A stretch of DNA of 64,000 nt from Chloroflexota bacterium (GCA_009838965.1 VXQP01000081.1:7854-71853), one strand, 5' to 3'; positions 16,758 to 26,352 are shown, numbered from the stretch's first letter. Made by a program: numbers and translations. The notes: a model not told the origin generated them from the sequence alone.

Positions 16758-16782
16758 CACCGGCGCGGTAGCGGCGGTGCGG

Positions 16783-16788
16783 TAGAAT
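16783..16788 (+). promoter_or_regulatory. -10 box TAGAAT for tRNA-Gln
   Basis: TGCGGTAGAAT lies 16 nt upstream of the mature tRNA 5' end. Confidence 0.5.
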
Positions 16789-16804
16789 AAGGGGACGCCT
16801 CCGG

Positions 16805-16878
16805 TGCCCCGTGGTGCAGTGGTAGCACAGCAGACTTTGGATCTGTTGACCCTGGTTCGAATCCAGGCGGGGCAGCCA
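16805..16878 (+). tRNA. tRNA-Gln (anticodon TTG), CCA encoded
   Basis: Cloverleaf folded by hand. Acceptor TGCCCCG/CGGGGCA, anticodon loop CTTTGGA, T-arm CCTGG-TTCGAAT-CCAGG. Confidence 0.9.
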
Positions 16879-16914
16879 GACCGGCACTCTGCCTGGTAAC
16901 AAGGATGGGATGAG

Positions 16915-17607
16915 TTGACCGACAACGGCACAGGGACAGACGACAACTGCGTCCAGTTCGTGTTCTTCAAGCTGGACGCCTCGTGGCGGCGACAGCCCGC
17001 CGGAGCGAGGATAGAGCAGAAAGAGGAGTTCCTCTCCACGCTCCAGGCGACGGACGCCAAGGTTCCAGCGCATTCCTACAGTACGCTTGGGCTGCGCGCC
17101 GACACCGACTTCATGCTGTGGCGAACGTCCACAGGACTCGAATGCCTCGAAGAGACGCTTGGGGCGCTGCTTTCGACAGGGTTGGGCGGGTTCCTAGAGG
17201 TCAGCCACTCGTACTTCGGGCTGCTGCGGCGTTCAACCTACGGCCAGGCGCGGACGGACCAGGACCACGCGGAGCAGTCGCAGGAGAAGGGCAGGTACTT
17301 CGTGCTCTATCCCTTCACCAAGACCATCGAGTGGTACCTCATGTCCCGCGAGGCGCGGCAGGGGATGATGAACGAGCACATCCGCGTAGGGCGGACGCAC
17401 CCAGACATCAGCCAGATCCTGCTCTACTCGACGGGGCTGGGTGATCAGGAGTTCATCGTGGGGTACGAGACCGACTCGCTCGCCGAGTTCCAGGACCTCG
17501 TCGTCGAGCTCCGCTCCACCGAGGCGAGGCGTCACACATTGCGGGATACTCCCATCTTCACGTGCGTGAAGAGAGCCCCGGAACGTATCCTGGACATGCT
17601 CGGATAG
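16915..17607 (+). CDS. hemQ: Coproheme decarboxylase (chlorite dismutase family, HemQ/ChdC)
   Basis: About 230 aa with FVLYPFTKTIEWYLMS...MMNEHIRVGR. TTG start. Heads the hemE-hemY-hemH cluster. Confidence 0.8.
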   Translation: MTDNGTGTDDNCVQFVFFKLDASWRRQPAGARIEQKEEFLSTLQATDAKVPAHSYSTLGLRADTDFMLWRTSTGLECLEETLGALLSTGLGGFLEVSHSYFGLLRRSTYGQARTDQDHAEQSQEKGRYFVLYPFTKTIEWYLMSREARQGMMNEHIRVGRTHPDISQILLYSTGLGDQEFIVGYETDSLAEFQDLVVELRSTEARRHTLRDTPIFTCVKRAPERILDMLG

Positions 17608-17622
17608 CCGGGCGCATCTGCC

Positions 17623-18684
17623 ATGAGCACCCTCGTTACACATACCGGATATGAGCCTGCGCTGCTGAAGGCCGCCAGGATGGAGAAGACCGAAGGGACT
17701 CCCCTGTGGTTCATGCGGCAAGCCGGGCGGGTGCTGCCCGAATACCGGAAGGTGCGCGGGAAGCACAGTCTGCTGGACATCTGCCGGAACCCGGAACTCG
17801 CAGCGACGATAACGATGCAGCCCGTCGAGCGCTTCGACGTGGACGCCGCCATCATCTTTGCGGACATCGTGACGCCGCTGGTGGGGGTCGGTATCGACGT
17901 GCAGTTGGTCGAGAAGGTCGGTCCGGTCATCGACCCGCCGATCCGTTCGAAGAGCGACCTCGAACGCCTGCGTCCGCTCGATCCCGGAGAAGACGTGCCG
18001 TACATGCTGGAGGCGCTCAAACTCGTGCGGAACGCTTTGCCTGAAGAGAAGGCGCTCATAGGCTTCTCCGGCGCTCCGTTCACACTCGCTACCTACCTCA
18101 TCGAGGGCGGCCCGTCCCGGAACTACGCCACGACCAAGGCGATGATGTACGGCCAGCCGGACCTGTGGCACGGCCTGATGAGCAGGCTCAGCGACATGAT
18201 CGTCGCTTACCTGCGCGCCCAGGCGGGCGCAGGGGCCCAGATGCTGCAACTGTTCGACAGCTGGGTCGGCTGGCTGAGCAGGCGCGACTATGTCGAATAC
18301 GTCTTCCCATACACCCGCGGGATACTCGCCGCGGTCAAGGAGGCGGGCGTCCCGGTCATCCACTTCGCGACGGGCTCCGGCGGACTCAACGAGGTCATCA
18401 GGGAGAGCGGCGCGGATGTGATCGGGGTGGACTGGCGCGTCCCGCTGGACGAGGCCTGGGCATCGCTGGGAGACGTCGCCGTGCAGGGAAACCTCGACCC
18501 CGCCGTTCTGCTCGGCCCGCCGGACGTGGTGCGGGAGCAGACGCGTGACGTGCTGAGGCGCGCCGCAGGACGGCCCGGCCACATCTTCAACCTGGGCCAC
18601 GGCTTCCTGCCCCAGACCCCGATCAACAACATCATGCAGATGATCGATTGCGTACGGGAGTGGGACGCCTCCCATGCCTCCTGA
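17623..18684 (+). CDS. hemE: Uroporphyrinogen decarboxylase
   Basis: PLWFMRQAGRVLPEYR, IIFADI, FNLGHG. Confidence 0.95.
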   Translation: MSTLVTHTGYEPALLKAARMEKTEGTPLWFMRQAGRVLPEYRKVRGKHSLLDICRNPELAATITMQPVERFDVDAAIIFADIVTPLVGVGIDVQLVEKVGPVIDPPIRSKSDLERLRPLDPGEDVPYMLEALKLVRNALPEEKALIGFSGAPFTLATYLIEGGPSRNYATTKAMMYGQPDLWHGLMSRLSDMIVAYLRAQAGAGAQMLQLFDSWVGWLSRRDYVEYVFPYTRGILAAVKEAGVPVIHFATGSGGLNEVIRESGADVIGVDWRVPLDEAWASLGDVAVQGNLDPAVLLGPPDVVREQTRDVLRRAAGRPGHIFNLGHGFLPQTPINNIMQMIDCVREWDASHAS

Positions 18685-20131
18685 CCATGGCACACGAGAC
18701 GAGAATCGTCTCTCGGTAGCCGTCGTCGGAGGCGGCATCACCGGGCTCGCCACAGCGTGGTACCTCGAAAAGGCCTCCCGGCAGAGCGGGACCGACCTCT
18801 CCATCGTTCTGGTGGAGCGCGAGAAGGTCCTCGGCGGCAAGATCAGCACGCTGAATGAGGACGGCTTCATCGTGGAGGGCGGGCCGGACGGTTTCCTCAC
18901 GAGGAAGCCGTGGGCGTTCGAACTCGCGAACGAACTCGGCATCGCGGACGATGTCGTCTATATGCAGGTGACCGGCGCATCGCTTCTCCACAAGAGGAAG
19001 CTGCATCGTATACCCGCAGGCCTCATGGGGCCTGCCCCCGCCAGCCGGAAGGACGTGTGGGATGCGTCGTTCCTGTCGTGGCGGGGCAAGCTGCGGGCCA
19101 GTCTCGAACCGCTGGTGCGCAGGCGCAAGGCTGGTGGCCCCGAGTCACTGGGCGGGTTCCTGCGGAGGCGCTTGGGCGCTGAACTCACCGACACGCTGCT
19201 CGAACCCCTGACCGCCGGGATATACGGGAGCGACTCCTACGACATGAGCCTCGACGCGCTCTTCCCGATGTTGGAGGAGTGGGAGCAGCGCTACGGCAGC
19301 ATCACGCGCGGGATGCGGGAGGCCAGAAAAGCAGCGCGCGGCGCCGAACAGGCGCCGAGCGCATTCTTCTCACTGAAAGGAGGAACGCACCGGCTCGTGG
19401 AAGCGGTCGCGGAAGGACTCGAGCGGACGGAGGTCGTCAGTGGCAGGGCTGCCGTTGCGGTCAACCGTATCGAGGAAGAGCCTGCGCGTTACCGCGTCAC
19501 GCTGGACGACGAGCGGTCGTTCGAAGGGGACGCTGTTGTGGTCGCGGCGCTTGCGCAGGATGCGGGAAACCTCGTCGGCTCGTTCGCGCCGGGACTGGCT
19601 GGGCTGCTGGGGCGGATGCAGAGCGCACCGGCCGTCAGTGTCTACTTGGCGTTCCGGCGCGAGAACGTCGCCCACCCACTGGACGGCTCCGGCTTCCTGT
19701 CGCCGCGCTTCGAGCAAGGGCCGATCGCGGGGTGCACGTGGATGTCGTCCAAATGGCCGGGTCGTAGTCCAGAGGGCCACGTGCTGCTGCGCGTGTTCAT
19801 GCGGACCGAGGATGATGCACCCGCCGGTGGCAGCGATGGAGTGCTGATCGAGGCGGCAACCGAAGCGCTGCACTCTCTCCTTGGCATAAGCGGTGCGCCC
19901 GAACGCGTCTGGGTGCACCGATGGGCGGACGGCTTGCCCCAGTACAAGGTCGACCACACGGAGTGGCTGGAGAGCGTGGACAGGGAACTCGATGCCCACC
20001 CCGGTCTGTTCCTGTGCGGCGCGTCCTACCGGGGCGTCGGCGTTCCCGACTGCATCCGGCAGGGCCGCGACGCCGCGGAGCGCGTCCATGCGTTCGCGCG
20101 TCGAGGCGCAGCGCAGGCCGCGAGCGTCTGA
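18674..20131 (+). CDS. hemY: Coproporphyrinogen/protoporphyrinogen oxidase (HemY/CgoX, FAD)
   Basis: VAVVGGGITGLATAWYL dinucleotide fold, about 485 aa. Overlaps the hemE end by 11 nt. Confidence 0.85.
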   Translation: MPPDHGTRDENRLSVAVVGGGITGLATAWYLEKASRQSGTDLSIVLVEREKVLGGKISTLNEDGFIVEGGPDGFLTRKPWAFELANELGIADDVVYMQVTGASLLHKRKLHRIPAGLMGPAPASRKDVWDASFLSWRGKLRASLEPLVRRRKAGGPESLGGFLRRRLGAELTDTLLEPLTAGIYGSDSYDMSLDALFPMLEEWEQRYGSITRGMREARKAARGAEQAPSAFFSLKGGTHRLVEAVAEGLERTEVVSGRAAVAVNRIEEEPARYRVTLDDERSFEGDAVVVAALAQDAGNLVGSFAPGLAGLLGRMQSAPAVSVYLAFRRENVAHPLDGSGFLSPRFEQGPIAGCTWMSSKWPGRSPEGHVLLRVFMRTEDDAPAGGSDGVLIEAATEALHSLLGISGAPERVWVHRWADGLPQYKVDHTEWLESVDRELDAHPGLFLCGASYRGVGVPDCIRQGRDAAERVHAFARRGAAQAASV

Positions 20132-20153
20132 GCGCGAAGAACGGAGAGGAGAC

Positions 20154-21101
20154 GTGTCAGGGTTGAAAGGCGTTCTGCTGATGGCGTACGGGACGCCGGA
20201 GCACCTGAGCGAGGTCGAGCCGTACTACCGCGACATACTCGGCGGGCGGGAACCCAGCCCGGAAGCAGTAGCCACGCTCGTGGAGCGGTACCGCGCTGTG
20301 GGCGGCGGGACGCCGCTGCTGGAGATCACCCGGAGCGTCGCGGACCTGTTGGAGCAGCGCCTGAACCGCGACGGCGGAGACGCCTCCTGGCGCGTCTACG
20401 TCGGCATGAAGCACTGGCATCCGTATATCGCGGAAGCAGTCAAGAGCATCGTTGCTGACGGGTTAGACGAACTTGTTGCGCTTCCGCTGGCGCCGCACTA
20501 TTCACGGATGAGCACCGGCGGATACCGCGATGCCGTGAAGCGCAGCATGGCGCAGGCTTCGTCGTCCCAGCCAACGTGGTTCATCGAGAGCTGGCACGCG
20601 AACCCGCAGTTCACAGCGCTCATCGTGCAGCGGATCAGGGACGCGCTGGTGCGGTCCAACGCTGCCCCGCCGGACGTGGAAGTTCTGTTCACCGCACACA
20701 GCCTGCCCGCGCGGATAATCGATGAGGGTGACCGGTACCCGCAGGAGCTGGCGGAGAGCGCCGCGGCGGTGGCGCAGGCAGCGGGCATCGCGTCGTGGCG
20801 CTTCGCCTACCAGAGTGCAGCGAAGACCGGCACGCCGTGGCTGCGGCCGGACATCCTCGAAAGCATCAAACAGATCGCGCGCGAGGGCGGGAAGAACGTG
20901 CTCGTCGTCCCATTCGGCTTCGTCTGTGACCACCTCGAGATACTGTTCGACGTCGACATCACGGCGAAGCGAGCGGCGGAAGACCTCAGCGTGCGCTTCT
21001 CGCGTATCGAGATGCCGAACAACTCGCCGGACTTCGTCGAGGCACTGTACGACATAGTCGCCAGCGGCGCCGGAGCGCGGGTTGTCGGTTTGAGCGGCTG
21101 A
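20154..21101 (+). CDS. hemH: Coproporphyrin ferrochelatase (Gram-positive-type HemH/CpfC)
   Basis: GVLLMAYGTPEHLSEVEPYYRDI, FTAHSLP, FGFVCDHLEILFD. GTG start after a GGAG-rich RBS. Confidence 0.9.
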   Translation: MSGLKGVLLMAYGTPEHLSEVEPYYRDILGGREPSPEAVATLVERYRAVGGGTPLLEITRSVADLLEQRLNRDGGDASWRVYVGMKHWHPYIAEAVKSIVADGLDELVALPLAPHYSRMSTGGYRDAVKRSMAQASSSQPTWFIESWHANPQFTALIVQRIRDALVRSNAAPPDVEVLFTAHSLPARIIDEGDRYPQELAESAAAVAQAAGIASWRFAYQSAAKTGTPWLRPDILESIKQIAREGGKNVLVVPFGFVCDHLEILFDVDITAKRAAEDLSVRFSRIEMPNNSPDFVEALYDIVASGAGARVVGLSG

Positions 21102-21109
21102 CCCCGTGT

Positions 21110-22189
21110 TTACAACCGGTAGAAGTCCCGCGGGTTGTGGGAGAGGATCTTCTCCTTCAACTCCGGCTCCACGTCCTCGCGCGCATTGAGTTCATCGACG
21201 ATGGAATAGTTCGCGGAGGGATCGGTGTGGCCCCAGTCAGAGCCGATGAGGAGCTGGTCCTCCGGGATGCACTGCGCCAGGTAGGAGATATCCTCGTCCG
21301 CCTCGCACGCCACGAACAGCCGGTAGTCCTTCAGCACGCCGCCCTCCCAGCGGTCGCTGCCGTCGCGCACGCGGTGCTTCAGGTAGTGCAGCAGGTACGG
21401 CACCCAGGATGCGCTCGTTTCGATGAAACCGATGCGCAGGTCTGGGAATCGTTCAGGGACGCGGTGGGAGACGAGGTCATGGAAGCCGATGAGCGGCAGC
21501 AGGCGCTGCTGCGGGAACGACTGCACGATCGTCGTGTCGAACGCTTCGGTGATCGCGGGGTTGCCCGCGCCGGTGTGGATGCACATAGGCAGGCCGAGCC
21601 GCTGCGCCTCGTCGTAAACCGGGAAGAAGTACGGGTCGCAGAGTGACCGGCTGCCCTCCATACCGCGGAAGAGGACACCGACCGCGCCATTCGCAACGCC
21701 GTAGTGCATCTCCTCGATGGCCCGGTCGATGGACTGGAGTGGCGGAACGAGTATCCAGCGCAGACGGTCGTTAGACTTCGACCAGACGTCGGCCATGAAA
21801 CGGTTGTACGCGCGGCACAGCCCGAGTTCCAGCTGCGGGTCGCCGGTGAGATAGACGATGAAGAGGGTGGGGTAGACGACCTGCACGTCCACGCTCATCT
21901 CGTCGGCCGCCTGCAACCGGTAGGGCAGGTCCTGCAGCGACTTGCCGCCCCAGAACTTGCTGGCCAGGACTTCGGCATCCGCAGGCGGTGCCTGGGCGTT
22001 GTGCCCTCCCGGTCCGGCAGGCTGCGGAATCAGCCGCCGACCGATGACCCACCGGTTGCGCGGGAGTCCCGAGGACGGCTCCATGGTGCCCACGAGCACC
22101 GGCTTCAGGTGTGCGAGGTCATCGTCGAAGAATTCCCAGACCGCTTCTGACTCGACCACGTGGGTATCGGCATCGATCACAGTTGGCAT
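21110..22189 (-). CDS. Amidohydrolase-2 family protein
   Basis: MPTVIDADTHVVES start, IHTG, and SDWGHTD near the C-terminus. Start trimmed from ORF 22249. Confidence 0.8.
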   Translation of the reverse strand: MPTVIDADTHVVESEAVWEFFDDDLAHLKPVLVGTMEPSSGLPRNRWVIGRRLIPQPAGPGGHNAQAPPADAEVLASKFWGGKSLQDLPYRLQAADEMSVDVQVVYPTLFIVYLTGDPQLELGLCRAYNRFMADVWSKSNDRLRWILVPPLQSIDRAIEEMHYGVANGAVGVLFRGMEGSRSLCDPYFFPVYDEAQRLGLPMCIHTGAGNPAITEAFDTTIVQSFPQQRLLPLIGFHDLVSHRVPERFPDLRIGFIETSASWVPYLLHYLKHRVRDGSDRWEGGVLKDYRLFVACEADEDISYLAQCIPEDQLLIGSDWGHTDPSANYSIVDELNAREDVEPELKEKILSHNPRDFYRL

Positions 22190-22273
22190 CGCGCACCCCC
22201 TGCCGTTCCGGCTGGCCTGTTCACGCGGCACTATAGTCCAGAACTGCAAGAGGTGGCATCTCCGCCACCTGCT

Positions 22274-23014
22274 CTAGAACGGGATGAGCGTCATGCCCGT
22301 CGCTATCTCCACCATGAGCGCGACGCCGAAGAGCAGGCTCGCCGCGCCTGCGACCCCGGCGATGATCTGATACCACCGCCGTGTCTGCGACATGACCGCG
22401 AACGGCACCCCAAGGATGATGGTGATAACGCCCATCGAAGCGACCGTCCCGATGCCGAACAGCACGAGGTAACCAAGTCCCACCCAGAACACCTCGATCT
22501 GGGGCAACAGCACCAACATAACTGCCGCGCTCCCGGCAAGGCCGTGTACGATGCCGACCCCGTAGGACTTGAGGCGGAAGCTGGGACGGAGCGCCTCGTG
22601 GAGGCCGTTGCCGGGCTCACTGCCCTCGCGGTGCGTGGCGTGTACGTGCGCGTGCGCTTGGCCCTGATGCTCGTGTACGTGTGTGTGCAGTGAGCCGCGC
22701 CGCAGCTTGTAGAACACCTGTGCTCCAAGGAAGACCAACATGATTCCGACGCCGAACTCCAGGACGGGAGCAACGGCCTCGTAGCGATCGAGCAGCGCCT
22801 CCTTCAAGAGCAGGATGACGATGCCAAGAATAAGCAGCGGCGTCGTGTGACCGAGCCCCCATGACGCGCCAATCCACATCCCGCGCCAGACGTTGCCGTG
22901 CTCCGTGGCGAAGGTGGCGACGGCCACGACATGGTCGGCGTCGGTCGCGTGCTTCAAGCCCAGGAGCATGCCGATAGCGAGGATGGCCCATACGCCGGTA
23001 CTAGCTTCTATCAC
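22274..23014 (-). CDS. NicO/RcnA-like nickel/cobalt transporter with His-rich loop
   Basis: LGLKHATDADHV (H-x4-D-H type motif), GLGHTTP, and the loop HTHVHEHQGQAHAHVHATH. GTG start after an AGGGAGG RBS, overlapping the regulator stop (GTGA). Confidence 0.65.
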   Translation of the reverse strand: MIEASTGVWAILAIGMLLGLKHATDADHVVAVATFATEHGNVWRGMWIGASWGLGHTTPLLILGIVILLLKEALLDRYEAVAPVLEFGVGIMLVFLGAQVFYKLRRGSLHTHVHEHQGQAHAHVHATHREGSEPGNGLHEALRPSFRLKSYGVGIVHGLAGSAAVMLVLLPQIEVFWVGLGYLVLFGIGTVASMGVITIILGVPFAVMSQTRRWYQIIAGVAGAASLLFGVALMVEIATGMTLIPF

Positions 23015-23520
23015 TGCTGCCTCCCTGTTTCGGTTGCCGAAGGATGTTTGTGGTGTTGCGTCTGAGCGTGCGTGTGGCCGCTGTGCGAGTGCCCCTCGTC
23101 CTGCCGGCACTCCCGGCAGAGCCCGCTCATGGTGAGATGCTCTACGTGCAATTCGAAGCCGGTGTCGCGCAGAAGCGCCTCGCGTAACTCGTCAAGGTGC
23201 GTGGTTGAGGCGTGGATCGTCCTGCCGCAGTGCTCGCACACCATATGGCCGTGCCGCTGGCCGGGAAGGGCGTATTCGTAGTGGCTCACCCCGCCGATGG
23301 AGACCTCGTTGAGCAGGTGCAGGCGGCTGAGCAATCCCGCCGTGCGGTAGACTGTTGCCAGGTCCATCTGGGGATGCTTCTCACGCACCTTTGCGGCGAC
23401 CTGGTCAACGGCGACGTGCCCTTCCATCCCGCGGATGGCATCCAGCACGGCGACGCGCTGTATCGTGACGCGGTGCCCTGTGGCACGTAGCGCTTCAGCC
23501 GTGTCGTTCTGGTGTTGCAT
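23011..23520 (-). CDS. Fur-family metal-responsive regulator (Zur/Nur-like) with His-rich C-terminal tail
   Basis: RVTIQRVAVLDAI winged helix, CEHC...CREC zinc site, tail GHSHSGHTHAQTQHHKH. Confidence 0.85.
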   Translation of the reverse strand: MQHQNDTAEALRATGHRVTIQRVAVLDAIRGMEGHVAVDQVAAKVREKHPQMDLATVYRTAGLLSRLHLLNEVSIGGVSHYEYALPGQRHGHMVCEHCGRTIHASTTHLDELREALLRDTGFELHVEHLTMSGLCRECRQDEGHSHSGHTHAQTQHHKHPSATETGRQQ

Positions 23521-23688
23521 CGAATAGCTCTTGCGAAGATTTGCAGAAAGAGTATCACTCTACGAGACGACTAATCAAGACTGTCGGACTTCAGTCGTGA
23601 TATCGCGCGCAATGCTGGCATTGACAGTCCACGCCTGTTATCGTTCCCCCCGCGTCTGCGAGCCCACTCGCAGGACGGGAGGAAAGCC

Positions 23689-24978
23689 ATGCGCTTGACG
23701 CGACTCTTCGCCCTGACACTGGTGCTGCTCTCCGCGGCGCTCCTGGCCGTCGCCTGTGGAGGTGACGAGGAGCCTGATCCCACAGCAACGCCTACACCTC
23801 AACCTGCGCCAGCGGCGGCTACCGCTACGCCGACGCCTGCGGACGCGATGGAACCGACGGAGCCAGCGGCCACGCCGACGCCGCTCCCACCGGGCGTCAC
23901 CCCACCTCCGCCAACGGCCACGCCGACGTCGCCCCCGCCTCCAACGGCGACGCCCATCCCCGGCTTCGATCCCGAGGAGCACTTCAAGAACAAGCGCATC
24001 TCCATCAATGTGGGCTTCTCTCCGGGCGGCGGCTACGACACGTTCGGGCGAGTGGTGGCGAAGTTCCTGCCCAATCACCTGCCCGGTAACCCGCGCATCA
24101 TCGTCAGGAACCTGACCGGCGGTGGGGGAGAGCGGATCTTCCGGCCGACGCTGGTCGACATCGAACCTGAGGGCTATGCCGCTGCCGTAGTGCACCCGCG
24201 CTTCTTCAAGCGCGAACTGGTCGGCATAGACGTGCCCGACTTCGACATGAATGAGGTCAGGATCATCGGCACGGCTTCGGCGGTATCGACAGTCAGTGCG
24301 CAGTTCACCTTCCGCGACACGGGCCTGACGTGGGATGAGGCAGTAGCGAACAAGGGCGTGCTCACAGTTGGCGCCACCGAGCCGGGCGACAGTGGAGGAC
24401 TCGCCACGACGTTCATCGAGCTGGTCGGAGGCCCGATCAAGAACGTCTACGGCTACCCTGGTTCGTCCGACATCGCTGCGGCGTTCGACCGGCGTGAGAT
24501 CGACATCACCACCCGGGGGAGCGAGGCCACAGCGAAGAGCCTCTTCCCCGAGTGGGTGGAGCAGCAGCAGATCGTGCCGCTCTTCTACTGGGGAGCGGAC
24601 CCTGCTGACGATCCAGGTTTCGTCAACTACGTCATCAACGACTTGGGTGCCGAGATTCCTCCGCACATATTCGACATCATCGACCTGACAGACGAGCAGA
24701 AGACGCTGTTCAGCGTTACGGAGACGATCAACGACAAGATGTCGCGTCTGTTCATCATGCACCCGGACACACCGGACCACATCTATCAGGTCTGGGTGGA
24801 TGCGTTCCGCGCCACCGCGCATGACCCCGATTTCCTGGAGGCGATGTCTCTCCTCAACCGCGAGGTTGGCTACGCAGGGCCTGACGAGATCGTGCAGGTG
24901 CTGCAGGAAGGCTTGGTTGCGCTGGAGGACCCGGTGCTCCGTGAAGGCTTCATCGTCCTCGCGGGCGGCGTGGACTAA
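23689..24978 (+). CDS. TctC/Bug-family tripartite tricarboxylate-type substrate-binding lipoprotein
   Basis: Lipobox LAVACG, Pro/Thr linker, GFSPGGGYDTFGR...VRNLTGGGG. Confidence 0.75.
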   Translation: MRLTRLFALTLVLLSAALLAVACGGDEEPDPTATPTPQPAPAAATATPTPADAMEPTEPAATPTPLPPGVTPPPPTATPTSPPPPTATPIPGFDPEEHFKNKRISINVGFSPGGGYDTFGRVVAKFLPNHLPGNPRIIVRNLTGGGGERIFRPTLVDIEPEGYAAAVVHPRFFKRELVGIDVPDFDMNEVRIIGTASAVSTVSAQFTFRDTGLTWDEAVANKGVLTVGATEPGDSGGLATTFIELVGGPIKNVYGYPGSSDIAAAFDRREIDITTRGSEATAKSLFPEWVEQQQIVPLFYWGADPADDPGFVNYVINDLGAEIPPHIFDIIDLTDEQKTLFSVTETINDKMSRLFIMHPDTPDHIYQVWVDAFRATAHDPDFLEAMSLLNREVGYAGPDEIVQVLQEGLVALEDPVLREGFIVLAGGVD

Positions 24979-24999
24979 TCAAAGGACGGGAGGGACGTT

Positions 25000-26295
25000 A
25001 TGCGTTTGACGCGATTCTTGGCACTGACCTTAGCGCTGCTGTGCGCGGCGTTCTTCGTCGTTGCCTGTGGAGGCGACGAACCCGAGCCCGACTCCACGGC
25101 CACACCCACACCAGCACCTGCGGCTGCTGCGCCTACGCCTACGCCTGCGGACGCGATGGAACCCAAGGACCCGGAGCAGCCAGCGGCTACGCCGACGCCG
25201 CTCCCGCCGGGTGCAACGGCACCTCCGGCGACTGCTACTCCCACGCCGAGGCCGGTCCCGACGGCGACACCCATCCCGGGCTGGGACCCGGAAGAACACT
25301 TCAAGAACAAGCGTATCTCCATCAACGTCGGCTTCTCTCCGGGCGGGGGCTATGACACCTTCGCGCGGCTCATGGCGAAGTTCCTGCCGAACCACATCCC
25401 GGGCAACCCGCGCTTCGTGGTGCGGAACCTCACCGGCGGAGGAGGAGAGCGCATCTTCAAACCGACGCTGGTGGATATCGCACCCGAGGGCTACGCTGCC
25501 GCAGTCGTGCACCCGCGTTTCTTCAAGCGTGAACTGGTCGGCATAGACGTGCCCGACTTCGACCCGAGCACCGTCAAGATTATCGGCACGGCCTCGGCAG
25601 TGAAATCGACCAGCGCGCAGTTCACCTTCCGTGACACAGGCCTGACGTGGGATGAGGCTGTAGCGAACAAGGGCACGCTCACGGTTGGCGCCACAGAGCC
25701 GGGCGATGGCAGTGGTCTTGCCACGGCGTTCATCGAGTTGGTCGGCGGACCGGTAAAGATTGTCTACGGGTACCCCGGCTCGTCCGACATCGCAGCGGCG
25801 TTCGACCGGGGCGAGATCGACATCACCACCCGCGGAGGAGAAGTCACTGCCAAGAGCCTCTTCCCCGAATGGGTAACGGGTCGGCAGATCGTGCCGCTCT
25901 TCTACTGGGGCGCCGACCCCGCCGACGACCAGAACTTCACCAACTACGTCATCAACGACTTGGGGGCGGAGATACCACCGCACCTGTTCGACATCATCGA
26001 CCTGACGGATGAACAGAAGACGCTGTTCAGCATCACGCTGACGATCAACCAGGACATGTCGCGCCTGTTCATCATGCACCCGGACACACCGGAGCACATC
26101 TACCAGCTCTGGGTGGATGCCTTCCGTGCGACGGCGCACGACCCCGCGTTCATCGAGGCTGCGGGGCTTCTCAACCGCGTGGTTGGCTACTCCGGGCCTG
26201 ATGAGATCGTACAGGTGCTCGCGGAAGGCACGGAGGCGCTGCAGGACCCGGTGCTGCGCGAGGGCTTCATCACGCTCGCGGGCGGCGTCGACTAG
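25000..26295 (+). CDS. TctC/Bug-family substrate-binding lipoprotein, tandem paralogue
   Basis: Same architecture as 23689..24978, with a highly similar mature domain. Confidence 0.75.
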   Translation: MRLTRFLALTLALLCAAFFVVACGGDEPEPDSTATPTPAPAAAAPTPTPADAMEPKDPEQPAATPTPLPPGATAPPATATPTPRPVPTATPIPGWDPEEHFKNKRISINVGFSPGGGYDTFARLMAKFLPNHIPGNPRFVVRNLTGGGGERIFKPTLVDIAPEGYAAAVVHPRFFKRELVGIDVPDFDPSTVKIIGTASAVKSTSAQFTFRDTGLTWDEAVANKGTLTVGATEPGDGSGLATAFIELVGGPVKIVYGYPGSSDIAAAFDRGEIDITTRGGEVTAKSLFPEWVTGRQIVPLFYWGADPADDQNFTNYVINDLGAEIPPHLFDIIDLTDEQKTLFSITLTINQDMSRLFIMHPDTPEHIYQLWVDAFRATAHDPAFIEAAGLLNRVVGYSGPDEIVQVLAEGTEALQDPVLREGFITLAGGVD

Positions 26296-26322
26296 CGTCA
26301 TAACGCGAGAAGCGTTGACACG

Positions 26323-26352
26323 AAGGAGCCCTCCCGACCGGGAGGGCTCCTT
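26323..26352. terminator. Bidirectional terminator hairpin between convergent genes
   Basis: 13-bp perfect stem AAGGAGCCCTCCC / GGGAGGGCTCCTT with a 4-nt loop. Confidence 0.6.

Noticed and set aside
23521-23688. A Fur, Zur or Nur box in the divergent region upstream of the Fur-like gene
   Set aside because: Only short inverted repeats are present (ACGACT/AGTCGT, GACTG/CAGTC, CAATG/CATTG). None resembles a 7-1-7 Fur-type box well enough to annotate.
23790-23960. Repetitive GC-rich DNA (also at 15830-15960 and 25090-25270) as a CRISPR array or tandem-repeat locus
   Set aside because: The periodicity is codon-level (a Pro/Thr/Ala linker within lipoprotein genes). It has no constant repeat-spacer structure. 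I saw no CRISPR array and no cas genes anywhere in the window.
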